DNA of 64,000 nt from Lama glama (taxonomy: Eukaryota): the NCBI GenBank assembly GCA_028534125.1, contig CM052816.1:72666001-72730000 (forward strand), read 5' to 3'. The notes beneath the pieces were generated by a model that was not told where the DNA came from, searched no databases, and worked only from the letters and a program-made list of their open reading frames with translations. The first letter of the stretch is position 1. Every line of letters begins with the position of its first letter. The translations under genes and the position numbers were made by a program. This document shows, piece after piece, positions 13,279 through 26,159 of this stretch.

Positions 13279-14564
13279 CTTCCACTGTTGTATGGACTGA
13301 AGCCTTAAAGCTGTATGCAGGATCCTGGCTTTAAATGGGATACCTCAGTCTGTATCTTTCAAGTAATATTCCAGAGGACTAGGGTCGTCAAGGGAATTTA
13401 CGCTTCTAACTGCTAGCACATTTCCAGTTTAGCTATCCAAGGGAGTTAACCTATCAACCTGCAGAGGTGCATTAACTCATGTAAATTAATCCGTTAGCAC
13501 AATGAGCAGTTAATCCCACTTGCTCTGCTCCATGGCTACCCTGTTTAAAAAACAAAAAGGAAAGGAAAAACTGTCTTTCCCTCCTCTTTTTTCTATACAT
13601 ATAAACTCTAAGTTCCCTTTTCTTTATCATTCAAGTTGATGTGTCATACCTCTCCACCCTCCAAAATATGAAAATATTTTGTTGTTTTTTCTGTGTCTAA
13701 TATCTAAGCCTTGGATTACAATGTGAACAATTAAAAACTCAATTGGAAATCAACACTTATTTAACGTCCCCCCTTTTTTGTATTTGTGCTCTTTTTGTTT
13801 TAAATTATCTCTATCTACAGCTAAATTCTCCCCTTGATAATTTCTCTCTGTGCTCTTTTTGTTGCAGGATCTTTGAGGGACCCTAACAGGCATATGTGGG
13901 AGACAGAAACATGATCAAACGAAGGAAGGCAAGGGGCTCTCTTCTTTGAGACAGGACATGGGAGACTGGCTAAGTTAGTGTTAGTCGGGTCCAACTTACG
14001 AGGTAGTTTACAACCTAGAACTTGAGGATGACTGTAGTAAAAATATGACTTTGTACCCTATAGCTTGACATAGAGGAAAAAATACTGACTCAGATCAGCT
14101 ATGAGGAGTTTATTTGACCATCAATAACCTTGTATTTCTGTTTTTCATTTGTCAGCTCTGAGGACTGGACTAATTTTTTTGGATATCTTCAAGTTTTAAA
14201 ATTAGTGACTTCATGTCTTATTTCTACTCTATTTAATAGTTCTGTGTATGTGGAATTATTAGCTTCACTTCTATAAACATATATATAATACACGATAAAC
14301 TTTGGTTTAAATACATCCTTTTTGATATGATAGGTTACTTTAGGAAGTTTGAAGTCATGAAATAACAGTGATGACATCTGCAAAAAATTAGTTGCACATA
14401 CTGACTAGTCCCATCCAGGTGAGTGAACACCAGTAGACTATAGTGGACATGTAGCTCAGATGTCACTTTTAATTTACTGTTTTACTTTTGTTTTGTATAT
14501 CTTTCCTCCCATCTCAGAATAATGAAAATATCTACTTTTCTTTGCTCCTTTTTTCTAGAACAAA

Positions 14565-14780
14565 ACTGCCTTGTTTGAATCCCAACCTGTTGTTTCAGCT
14601 GTGTGGCTTTAGCCAAGTTAGTTAGTTTTTCAGTGCCTTCATGTTCCCATCTGTAAAATGGGGATATTAATAGTATCTACCTTGTAGAACTTTGAGAAAA
14701 TTTAAGTGACTGAGTACGTGTACAGCACTAACAACACTGCCTGTTTAGAAAAGTAAATCTTCAGTACTGATAAGCTGTTA
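14565..14780 (+). mobile_element. MIR SINE
   Basis: MIR core: ttcccatctgtaaaatggggatattaatagtatctaccttgtag. Confidence 0.85.
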
Positions 14781-16029
14781 GGATTCAGGAGTCATGCAGT
14801 CTTCAAAATTGGCTTAGAGACAGTGTGACACTGTAGGATATTTGCTTCACCACCTCCTACTCTTGTCTAATGCTTCTTAGAAACACTGGAATAAAGTTGT
14901 GAACACACTGGAGTGAGGTTGACTAGGTGCATTTTCCTTTTTTTTTCTCTCTATGGCAACAAGGAAGGAACACTATATGCTGTGTGTGAGGTCAAAAGGC
15001 TTCAGTTATTTTACTGTGAAGCCTGAATCTAAAGTCAGTTTATATTCACTGTCAGAAAGAGACCACCTAATCACTGCCTGGGAGGCACTGGGAGCCTGGT
15101 GTTGACATCCCTGACATACTCATGTGAGCCATGCAGGACTGGCTTCTACTTTACTGATTTGGGTCTCGATTAGGGCCTGTTCTTCCCATCTGGCTTCTCA
15201 GGACCCAGTGGTGGGTCATCCACAAGGACGAACAGGGGAAAGCAGCAGCTATGAAAACAACCAAATCTTTCCTTACCACACTTGTGAGAGGACAGTCCTT
15301 CCTTGCAGGGGTTTAAGTTGGCTTAGCTCCACTGTAACCAGTCAGGGGATATCACATTTGTGAGTCTCCCCGTGTCAGTGAGTTACAAGCGTGTGTTCAG
15401 GACCCATGAGTTAGAGATGGGACACAAAAGAGCAGCTCCACTATTCCAACCAGGCTGATCCTTGGTTAATGAGATCTGATGATTACTAACGTTTAATATC
15501 AATCCAGAGAACAATATTATTTCCTTAATTTTAAAGTTTTTTTCTTCAAGTTGAGTTCAAAAGAGATACATTGCTTCATATTTCTCAGGACATTTAAGGA
15601 AACTAGATGTAAGACATAAGGACAAAAATATTTTATAGATAAGGTTTGTGATGTCAGAAAGATTCTTATAAAAGCTCATTTTAGAATTCGCATATTAGTT
15701 GTCAATGTAAATTTTAATATAACGAGAACGTTATGTTAATTACATTTTAAATGACTTTTTCCTCCATGTGAAATTCATTACTCAAGAACTGGAGACAAAA
15801 ATCTTTTGTGAAATTGCAAATTATTTATTATATAAATAATTATTGTAACATATCTATGCTAGGCCTATAATTTTATACTTCATACATTCTTATGTGAATA
15901 CATTTAACATTATAAGATGTTTTGCAAATTGAATACATGATAATTTGTGAAATTATTTTTATGTACACTTAACCAGATGCAATATGACATAGCACAGCTA
16001 ATTCCCCATCTTGACTTTTTAAAATTATA

Positions 16030-16290
16030 TCTAACCACCAAGGCCCAGCACAGATGTTCCCTTCCCTATTAAGGTTTCTGGATCATCCCAGCCAGAAGAA
16101 TTTTATCTTCCTCTGACCTCTAGCAATTCTTGCATATGACACTCGTGTTGCTCTAATTTCCATATGTCTTTTTTTTTTTCTCATGTATTAGGTTGTAAAG
16201 ACATTGAAAGGAAGAATCATTTGATTCATTTTATTTACCTCTCACGATGCTCTAATTGTGCCAGGAAGTTAATACTATTTGTCAATTAGG
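16030..16290 (+). mobile_element. L2 3' fragment
   Basis: ttaggttgtaaagacattgaaaggaagaatcat...gtgccaggaagttaatactatttgt resembles the L2 3' end. Confidence 0.55.
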
Positions 16291-17589
16291 TGTCTTTGTA
16301 ATGAGAGTAACTGTCAGTGAACAGTTTATTGATACTCCAAACCAGCCAAAATTAAGGTGTAGATTCAGGGAGAGACTACTGCAGATGTTGGTCATTCCTT
16401 TGGCACAAAGACAAGTAAAAACACGACTTGTAACACTAAGAACATTTTAAATCCGAAGGTAAAAGCCTTGGTATATTTACTTGGCAGTGGGAGAGGTAAA
16501 AGATTAAGTTTGGGATAATTCAAGAATCTGGAAGATGGACTAAACTGGGAAGCTTGGAAGAATTTATGTAAATCTTTTTCAGCTGTAATAGCTATGTATT
16601 CTAATGGCCTCATAAATAGAAAAAAAATAATTTTTATCATTTAATGGCATTTTCAAATGGAATATTACATTTAATGATCAGTTGTAAGCTGTTCCACTGA
16701 GCATGTGCTATTGAGCATCTACTTAAAGTAACACTTACAAATTTTAATATTATAAGAGAAGATATTAAATAATTATTTTGTTCAGAAACCTCATTTAATG
16801 TTTTTCAAAAACACAAATCCTAAAGATATTTCTTGTAATGTAAATACATTTTATTTTTCAGAAACTTCTCTTACTTCTTAAAAGACGACTCAGAGTGTAA
16901 TTTCCCAAGGCTAAATGTTAGCAGTCAGAAGTAATAGATACCTTTTGTCAATCATCTTAACATTTTTCAATCCATATATATTTTTTTTTTCTGAAAGAGA
17001 CTGTAGTGAGTGGAATGGCACTCAGGGAGCAATTTGTGAGTCTATTTCTGGAAGACTCTCTCCATTAGTAGCACACAAAACCATTTTTTTCCCCTCTTCT
17101 ATTTTAGTTCTCTGACAAAATGAGCAAATTTATAAAATAAACAAAAAAATAAAGGGAGTTCACAGGTAACTGTATTTGTACTAGGACAGTATTTGCAAAG
17201 GGATTTTTAGTAGAAAATGCATCTTTTCTGATGAGATAACACTCAAGTCAGCTTGGGAGGTGACTTGGGGGAAGGCTTTCTTAATGACGTCTTGATTTTT
17301 TAACTGAAATGCATGGGTGGTTGCGCACCTTTCTCAGCTGTAAGAGGAGAAAAAGGAGAAATCGATTCAGAAGAAGATGAATTTAATTTTAAATGTGTTT
17401 TAGCTCAGATTCTGTTGGGAAATTTGAATAGAAACCCGTGTATACAGAGACTGTTATGTACATGGAAATGTCTTTAAATTAATAAGCTCCTTTCATCAAA
17501 CTCTCAGGCATGAATTTCTATGCATCAAAAATATTTTGCACAACACATTCCATCAATTGCTAATGCAGGTGTTTGCCCAAATGTCATTT

Positions 17590-17875
17590 TTTTAATAAGG
17601 CCTTTCCTGACTACTTTTATTTAAAAAAAAAAAAAGTAGCTCTTTGCCTTATCTCCACAGTCCCTATGCTACTTTTCTGGATTTTTTCCTCCATATCATT
17701 AATCACCATTTGACATTTTGTATATTGCACTTACTTTTTTATCTCCTCCTCCCACCCACATCACTACAAAGTCCCTCCATGAGGGCTGTGACTGGAATTC
17801 AGTGCTGTATCCCCAGCAGCTAAATTTGTGCCTGACACATAACAGATGCTTATAATTGTGTTGAATGAATCAATA
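17590..17875 (+). mobile_element. L2 3' end
   Basis: ctccatgagggc...gctgtatccccagcagct...gtgcctgacacataacagatgctt...gttgaatgaatcaat. Confidence 0.8.
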
Positions 17876-18719
17876 AATTCTGAGTCAGTTATTAGTCCTT
17901 GAAATTCTGTATCAATAGTCTTTTATATGTGGTGAGATTATTTCACCATTAAAAGTGAATAAACATGTTTCTCCAATTAAACAAAGTAATATAGCACCCT
18001 CAATCTTGACCATGTGATTATACCAGATATAAATACATATAACTACAACTGTGTATTCAATACATAGTTGTACAAAGCAGCAGTTGTACATCCACCCGTA
18101 CAGAGATGACAAAGCCGTGCTTATCTGTGGGAAACATTGCAGATATTTTCAAATTAATGGATCCTTAGTATGTTAGCCCCAAATAGACTGCAAGATATCC
18201 AAGTTCATTCTTTTTAAAATATTTTGAGCACACTTAACAGAATGAAGTTTTAAGGCCAAGGAATGGACTAAATATGCAGATATCATTGGGAAAATACTAA
18301 AGAATATTAAAGTGAGAAGTCCTTCCAAGTCTTTTACAATTTCTGTAATTCTTTGATAAAGTATTTCATTCCTCTTGGTTAAGGTCTGATTTAAAGTCCC
18401 CTGGAAGAATGGAAGTGCCTTGTGAAGGGTGTGCATTTATTACTTATCCTTCAACATAATTAGTTATCAGAAGAATTTCTACAGTGAGGAATATCTGAGG
18501 GAACGATGACAGTGGATATGGAGTGTATGAGCTGTATGGAGTGGAGGGAGTGGAAGTTACGTCACTGCTTAGGAATCAACAGGTTCCTCTGTGCTGATCG
18601 AATCAAACACAGTAGTGCCTAACAAGCAAGGACATGCATGCTTTCAAATGCATTTGTAAATAAAATGCAAATAGTCATAAACTTTAAACTTAACTTTTAA
18701 CTGACTTTAAACTTAAGGT

Positions 18720-19185
18720 ATTTGTTATGCTTCATACTAGATATCCTGAGATAGAGCAGATATGGAATTGATTAATTGAGTGACTCAAAATTTTCATCCA
18801 GCATCCAAGTTCTTTTACATCATCTTTCAGCTCCACCATCCTTAGTATGTCTGCTTTCGTTTTTGGGTCCCCTTTGCCCTAGATCACAAAATGGGGCAGA
18901 AATTCCAGGTAATATAATTTTCAGAAAAAGAAAAATATAGCATCTCTAGTTCTCCTTTACTGAGTCAGGAGATGTTTTCAAGAAGGACACATGAAACCTC
19001 CCCCACATGCCCAATTTTACACCAGTCCCTGGAATGGGGCATGGGATTGCCAGACTCATTTACTAATCTGGAGCCATATAAATTACATGAGGACCAGTGG
19101 ACACACCAGTAAAATGAGCTTCTCCATGCCCTTAGGAAAGACTGAGGAATTGGCCGTCATTGGATGACAGTTGTGCCTGCTCTAG
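18720..19185 (-). mobile_element. Old MaLR LTR (MLT1J/K/L-like)
   Basis: ccaagttcttttacatcatctttcagctccaccatccttagtatgtctgcttt...cacaaaatgg resembles old MLT1. Confidence 0.55.
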
Positions 19186-21049
19186 GAAGCAAGAGGTGCT
19201 AGAAATCAGGACTACTTAATTAAATCCATGTCAATATGGAAGAAATTGAAGGGTGAAATACACAAATAACCCTCTGCACTATTTTACTCAACAATACAAA
19301 CAGAGCAAATGTTTAGGTCATCAATTGAGCAAGGTTGCCCATAATCCTCATCAATGCTAATACCAGAAGTATAAAATGTGAGTGAGCATGACAGAAAAAA
19401 GAAAATACTTGCCACAAGGACAGACTGTCACACAAGAATTTGAAATACCCTTAGTGTTTTTTCACACATTGAATTTCTTTGTACATTTGTTTAGAAACAT
19501 TAAATAACTGTAGCAGAAGGGTAATAAAACTCAAAGAATTAGTCTCTGATTTGACTTTGGAGTCAATGTTTTAGTCCTTTAAAAGTTAGAACAATAATAA
19601 TGTCAGGTGTTTGGGGTTTTGTTTTGTTTTATTTTGCTTATAGCTAGGCCAGTTCAACTATCAAGTTTACAATTTAGGGTGAGTTGGATATAGGCATGAA
19701 AGTTAGTGAAGTGTTTCAAGTAATGCTTTAGACATCTGGTATGGAAAATATTTGGTCTCCTGATTTCCATATCTTTTGTGTAAACCATGAGAGCAACAAT
19801 AGATTGCCTTATCTCTATTTTAATTATTGCTTCACTAAAATTTCTCCCTCAGCAGGTGAGCTAGTATGCTGGTGAAAAGACTATTGCTGAAAATCTTTTA
19901 GTAATAAATTAGTCTTCCTGCTAAACACGGAGATGATGAGATGAAAAATGAGTGTATCAGTGATTCCATGCTCCAGATGACATGGGATCTAGGAAGATGT
20001 AAAAGGAAAGAAACACAAGCAGAGGCAACAGAAGAAGATAAGTCAGCTTTAAAAGATGCAGTAAAAATTATCTGGGGGATGGGGGAATAGAGAAAGTGAG
20101 GGGAGGGTGGAAGGGAGGGAAAGAAAATATCAGATTGAATTAAATATTCAATATTTGCTCAATATTAATGTGGATAAAAGATTTGCACTGACATTTTATA
20201 GCACAATTTTAGGAAATCCATTTGGCGAGCACCTGCAAGTTTTTTATTTCAGTCAGTGGGTTACCACTAGTCAAAGCTCTCTGGAAGGTTTGGTAGATAA
20301 GCTTAGTTTTACCATCAAGATATATAAATCAGTTATACTCTGTATGTTAAAATATACTAGCAGAAGGTATGCTATATTCTTGGCCCCAAAGCAAATCATT
20401 AATAATAAAAGATGCACATAAAACACTTAAAAATGATAGTTTAATTAAAATTATACTTGCTAATCTTAAGCTTCCATTAACAATAGTAAGGCATTAGATA
20501 TAAAGTTATATCATTTTAAAAACTGAATATTTGAGTTTTATGAGAACAGGCAAAGACTGTGAAAATCAGATAAATCTTATATTACTGAAGAACTCTATAA
20601 TGAGTAGTTTTTATTTCTTTTGTACAATGTTAACAATCAACACAAAAATGTGAGATTAAATCAAATAAACAAATGTAATATTAAACATGGTGAAAAGTTA
20701 TGGACTAAAGTTTCAAAGTGTGCATTTACGTAAGTCTTGAGGTTTCACACGTCAAGCAGAGTTTCAGCCGTGCGTAACAGTGTTATCAGCATCTCTGAAT
20801 TTACAAAATGAATTTTCAAAACATAAATCTATCTTTCCATATGGGCAAGAGCTCCAAAATTACATAATTTAAAGCTACTTTTTAAAAAACAAACTTACTG
20901 TTTTGAGTAAAAAATTATTTGGTTGGTTACAGTGTTTCTAAGATTTTCAAGCATATTTTAAAATTCAATGAGCACTTGAAATTTTTTTCATGTTTTACTT
21001 ACCAATTTAATGAATATGACTTGTTTTAAAAATGAATAATAATAACAAT

Positions 21050-21200
21050 AAAAATAATTAGTAACATTTAATAATGCTTATTCTGTGCACTTCTAAAAAT
21101 CTTCTAAACTACACATATTAAATAATTTGATTCTCATAATAACTGAACATTGGGGGCTATTTATGTGCCTAATAAATGAAGAAACTGAGACGTGAGGGGG
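21050..21200 (-). mobile_element. MIR SINE
   Basis: taacatttaataatgcttattctgtgc...atttgattctcataataac...aaatgaagaaactgagac. Confidence 0.7.
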
Positions 21201-21769
21201 AATTTCTAGGACCAGTACTATTTTGGATCAATTTACTGATTTTTCCAACTTTTGTTCTTTGAAATTCCAAAAAATTAATGTGGTCAGGAAATTAACCGAA
21301 GGCCTTGTATCTTTCCTAAACTGTGCAAGGAAGAGTGGATTGTGTTCTGGATACAATCCTGTTTATTAACGTAAAAAGTTAACTGAAGATCAAATATTTT
21401 TAAAAAGAAAACTTTGTTCAAAATGTAATTAAAAAAATCTGATATAAAATTAGCTTAAAATGGAGAAAAGCCTTTAAAAATGATTTTTCCAATGTGCAGT
21501 TACAAATGACAATGATTACTAAAATAGTAGAGATAGCAAAAACAAAAGTAAAAACAAAACCCCTGGCTACACATGAGTTCAATGAAAAGAAAGTCCTATC
21601 GTGTATTAGGTCTGGACTGGTTTTAAGCCTTGATTAACAGTGTAATTTTGGGCAAGTCTCTTAGTGACGATCTTAAGTACCGTAATCATTTTTTGCTGAC
21701 TTTACAAATGAAAGTAAGCTAGAGATGGTACTTAGAACACTTTTTGCAACTCAGTCATTTTGAGAAGCT

Positions 21770-22130
21770 GTATTCTTTGGTGCCATCATGCTTTTTGCAC
21801 TTTTTTTTTTTTGGCCTAAAATAAATGCCTTCTCCCTCACTCTCTGTATCTAGATAACCCTTGTTAATGCTTAAGACTTACTTCTGCATGCTTGGTTCTG
21901 AGGATGCTTAGTTCTGAGGACAGCTCAGAGCTGCCTGGCTCTCTGCTCTCCCAGCTCCTTCCCTCTGCGCATGTTCATCACAGCACTTCCACCAGCACTG
22001 CAAGACTTTGTTCTGTTACTGATCTTCACTCCTCTGTAAGAGGAAGGAGCATTCTTTCTTTGACTTTGCATTTGAAGCGCCAAGAACAGTTTCTGACACA
22101 TAGGAGGTACTGAATAATTTTTGAAGAAGG
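21770..22130 (+). mobile_element. L2 3' fragment
   Basis: Ends agaacagtttctgacacataggaggtactgaataatttttgaag, matching the L2 tail. Confidence 0.7.
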
Positions 22131-23509
22131 AAGGGAGGTACCCAGAGAGCAAGACCAAAAGAGAGGAAGAAAATATTTTGTAAGGCAGGCAGCTGAGTAC
22201 ATCTCAACTCAGTGTCTTCATTCCATTTTGATGCAATTATCTCATCCTGATTGTCTTCATTCTTTTGTACACTACACATAATTTTAAAAGCAATTAAGTG
22301 ACATTTCCTTATGACAATAGTATTAAATCCTAAAACATTTCATGAGCTTCAAGTGGACAAATCCACAGTTCTTTGCTATTCTTGGCCTGCATCAGAGAGA
22401 AAATAACATTGAGGGGGACAGAGTGACACTGTTACTGTTGGTGTGTAGGGCTCACCCCAACATTGATGTGTCCTTATCCCAAGGCTTTCTGCTTTTATGA
22501 AAAGAAAAGAAACCACCTGAGAGTTCTTGCTCAGGCATTTTCCCTGTTAGGGAGAAACCCACCCCACAGTACAGAAGACCTAATCTTACAGAAAGTCATT
22601 GTGATGGGAAAATTCCACTCAGACATGGAACCTATAGACAAGAGAGTCTTATTTTAGTCTGCCTCAATATTCTGCTTTTTTGTACTTAGCTTTCTTTCTT
22701 CTATTCCTTTTTCTTTGGGAAAAATTATCAATTTATACCACGTGATTGCTGATTAGAATTGTGTCATTGTACCCTTTTTTAATTCTGAATTTTAATTTGT
22801 AAATCTGTAGTTATCTTTTGAGGCAAGGCTATTTAAAAATACTTAATGTAAAATTTTAATATTGTGATTTAAAATAAATGGAAATGTAACTATGACTTCT
22901 TTGTATAATTTAATAAGAAAAATTCTCTGTATACTGAAATATCGAAGTTATCTAGTAGCAAGTTTCTAAGTATTGCATAATGAAAAGTGAGCATTTGAAT
23001 GTTAATTTTTAGTTTATAAATGTGGGAGAATAATGGCAATTATTTAAAATAATTACCTTCCCCAAATGAATTTATTAGACCTATTTCATTCCTGAAAAGT
23101 AGATGAGTAGGTATAGAGCTCAAAAAAGATCATACTTGTGTAGGATCAAGGTGGTGTTATAGAGACTGGTATTAGTAGAATCTCAGATTAGGAAGGAGGC
23201 AGAAAGATGTGTAATTCCATTGTTAGGAGTACAGACTCAACGCTGGCTTTTATTGGAGAGAGAATAATATTGGCGTGTTATAAGAGCTATTCAGTTTAAC
23301 AGAACCACAGTGAAATAGCAACATTCAGGTTCTGCTGCTTATCCGCAACTCATTACTACACCATATCAAGCTATGCCAAGAATGTAATTGAATTCTATTT
23401 TTGTTGCCAGAATGAGAATGTTCTTCAAAGTAATTTTGTCTCAAAGTTTCAAATCACGTTCAATTAAGATAATCTTTGAGTGATTTTATCAAATAGAGTG
23501 CTTACTTAT

Positions 23510-23577
23510 TATTTCTATAACTCTTAAACAATCTGATAAGTTGTATTTCTATAACTCTTAAACAATCTGATAAGTTG
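23510..23577. repeat. Perfect 34-bp tandem duplication
   Basis: TATTTCTATAACTCTTAAACAATCTGATAAGTTG occurs at 23510-23543 and 23544-23577. Confidence 0.97.
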
Positions 23578-24974
23578 ATTCCTATGCATGCAAGATATTA
23601 CCCCTCAAGGAAACTGTCTTCTGCATTACAACATTGTTTAGTGGTGGTAGAACAGGCAAGTTATACACACAAATATATTTGGTAGAGAAAATCATTTGTC
23701 TTATATGAGTTAGTTTTATGAGGCCACCCAAAGCTACAGAGAGAATATGTGCTGGAAAAGATGTCAGCTTAATGATGACACCCTCCGTTTGTTGCTCCCA
23801 TTGGTTTCTGCGGATAGAAAAATCTATAATGAATTTGATACCATTCCCCAGATAGAACATTAGGGAATGTAGCAGAGGATTCCAGGGATCAAAGGAGAAA
23901 ATATTCACTCTGTGTATAATAACTCAGAGTTTATTTGCCAGCTCCATTGGACTGATCCTTAAATCTGACAGTTCAATTTTCACTTACCTTTTCATTGTTT
24001 TTTTCTCTGATATCTTCTTCCTATGATGAATTTCAGTTCAATTTAATTTGACTACAATACACATAAGATTCTTCTGACAAGATAATTACTCTGGGCTATT
24101 TTATAAGGTGTTTTTAGTTTACAGGGCAGAGAAAGAAAGGAAGCTTTTAACAAATACAAATGTGTAGCTCCAGTGTGCCTTACAAATCCCTTTATGTTTT
24201 TCTCCTGCTGTCTTTTCTTTCCTTCCCCTCGGATACAGATTCATACCAGATGTAACTCAAGCTGCCACCTGTTCCTTGTTTATCAGAGATGATTCCTTTT
24301 TATCATCTCGTGTTCCTTACTACTGATAATTATGGAAAGTTTATTTTAAAATCAGATTGTGAAATATGATCCCTTATAAAGAATGAAAATAACGCTTGGC
24401 ATATTTGCTCTTATAAAATGGGACTTGCATAAAGGAATATATAGTCAGAACATAATTAATTGCTATTTTAAGACTGTCATTAAAACATTCAAGGAAACAT
24501 ATTGACTTTTTTTTTTAATGCAGACATGACACTTTCAGTAGAATAGGCGTTTGGAGTTGGAGTAAGAGTTTCCTGTGGGTGCATCCGCACTGAATTTCCT
24601 GTTCAAGTTACTTATACTAAGTGGGAGATGCGTTTGTGAGGTACCAGAATGGGATTAATCATTTAAAATGTCATTGTGGAGCAGAATGAAGTTATATTAG
24701 TTGAGTGTTTAAGTTTTGATTAATTAACAAATTACCTTTCCTCAGATAAGAATTTTACTATGTCCATGATTGAGTCTGAAGATACAGATGGTCAATGGGG
24801 AGGCCAAAACTTTTACCCAGGTGTCTTATGTGTTAGTATATTCACAACTTAAAAAAAATTGCTCTAACCCACAGACACCTAATACCAAATAAAAATTAAA
24901 CTAACCTAGACAGAAATTGGAATAAAACTCATAGGAAATAAGAAAAGGACCTATATAAATTAACTTAAAGGACT

Positions 24975-25200
24975 TAGGTTTTAAAGGCAGAAGGACCTGG
25001 GTTAAAATCTCTCTTTCTGCCACATTGGAGCTATATATTCTCTGTTCTGTTGCTTCCTTTTCTGAGTTTCAGTTTTTCATGTGTAAAATAGAAATCAAAA
25101 TACTTACCTTGCAGGATTGTTGGCACAATTAGAGATAATGTTTACAAGAAACCTTGTAAAAAGTGTCTGGCATATGATGAGTGTTCATAAACAGTTGTCC
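24975..25200 (+). mobile_element. MIR SINE
   Basis: gacctgggttaaaatc...tctgagtttcagtttttcatgtgtaaaatag...tacttaccttgcaggattgt...gtctggcatatg. Confidence 0.85.
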
Positions 25201-25959
25201 TAAATTTTCAAAAAGTGAATGATTTCAACTTTTTCAAAATTTTGTTTATGAATTGATGTGAAATGTTATTGGAATTTTTGCAGGAATAATTTATTGTCTT
25301 AATTTTCTGATTTGAGAATTCTTAAATTGGCTCCTCTAAATGTAGGAATTCTTATGTTTGTAAATCTTATGTTACTTGCAGTATGTATTAGACTGATAAA
25401 TGTAGTGATAGAGGGATTTCACTACATATCATGAATTTACTACATAAATTCACTGTATCAACAGAAATATAAATCTAGGTATGTTCAATATTATTTACCC
25501 TAGGTTTATTAAGAGCTTGTTTAAGAAAAAGCCATCAAAATACTTAATTTTCTTCATATGAATTTTATCCTGTGAGCTAAACTGTTACAGGACAGTATTC
25601 TTTTACTCAATATGATGCCATAATGCAACTTACTCTCCCTTTCTTCACGTTCTAGTTTTACATAATCTATCGCCTACCTTATTTATTTTGTTTAATGAAA
25701 TTAATGTTGCCTTTTATTATTTGTCCACCCAGAAAACAAAATGTCACTAGTGCTGTTAGGAAATCATTAAATCCTTTATAAAGCTATTTTTATTCTGAGG
25801 TGATCTGTAGGAAGGAAATGTGGCACTTCTTTTGGTCTTTCTGTTACTTTCATTTTGGCAATTCTCACTTTCTTATCTTCCAAATCACAGGTTTCATCTC
25901 AAAGCATTTACCTTTGTGGCTATTTTTCACTCAGATATTTACTCATAGCTTCTTACTGT

Positions 25960-25960
<1 letters not shown>

Positions 25961-25990
<30 letters not shown>
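25961..25990. repeat. (GT)15 microsatellite
   Basis: Directly visible. Confidence 0.97.
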
Positions 25991-25994
<4 letters not shown>

Positions 25995-26159
25995 TTCACC
26001 TAAATTTTAAGTCAAGAGACTTTCCCAGGACCTTTTTCTCTGATATCATTCTGCTGGTGGGTATTCAGAGAAAGCAGCTTGGGACACACACTCTCGTTGA
26101 TTTGGAGGCCATGACAAGTATCCAAACAGAGAGAAGATAAGAAAACTTCAAAATGTATG

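Noticed and set aside
23510..23577. 34-bp direct repeat as a CRISPR-like array
   Set aside because: Only two abutting copies, no spacers, no cas genes, and mammalian DNA.
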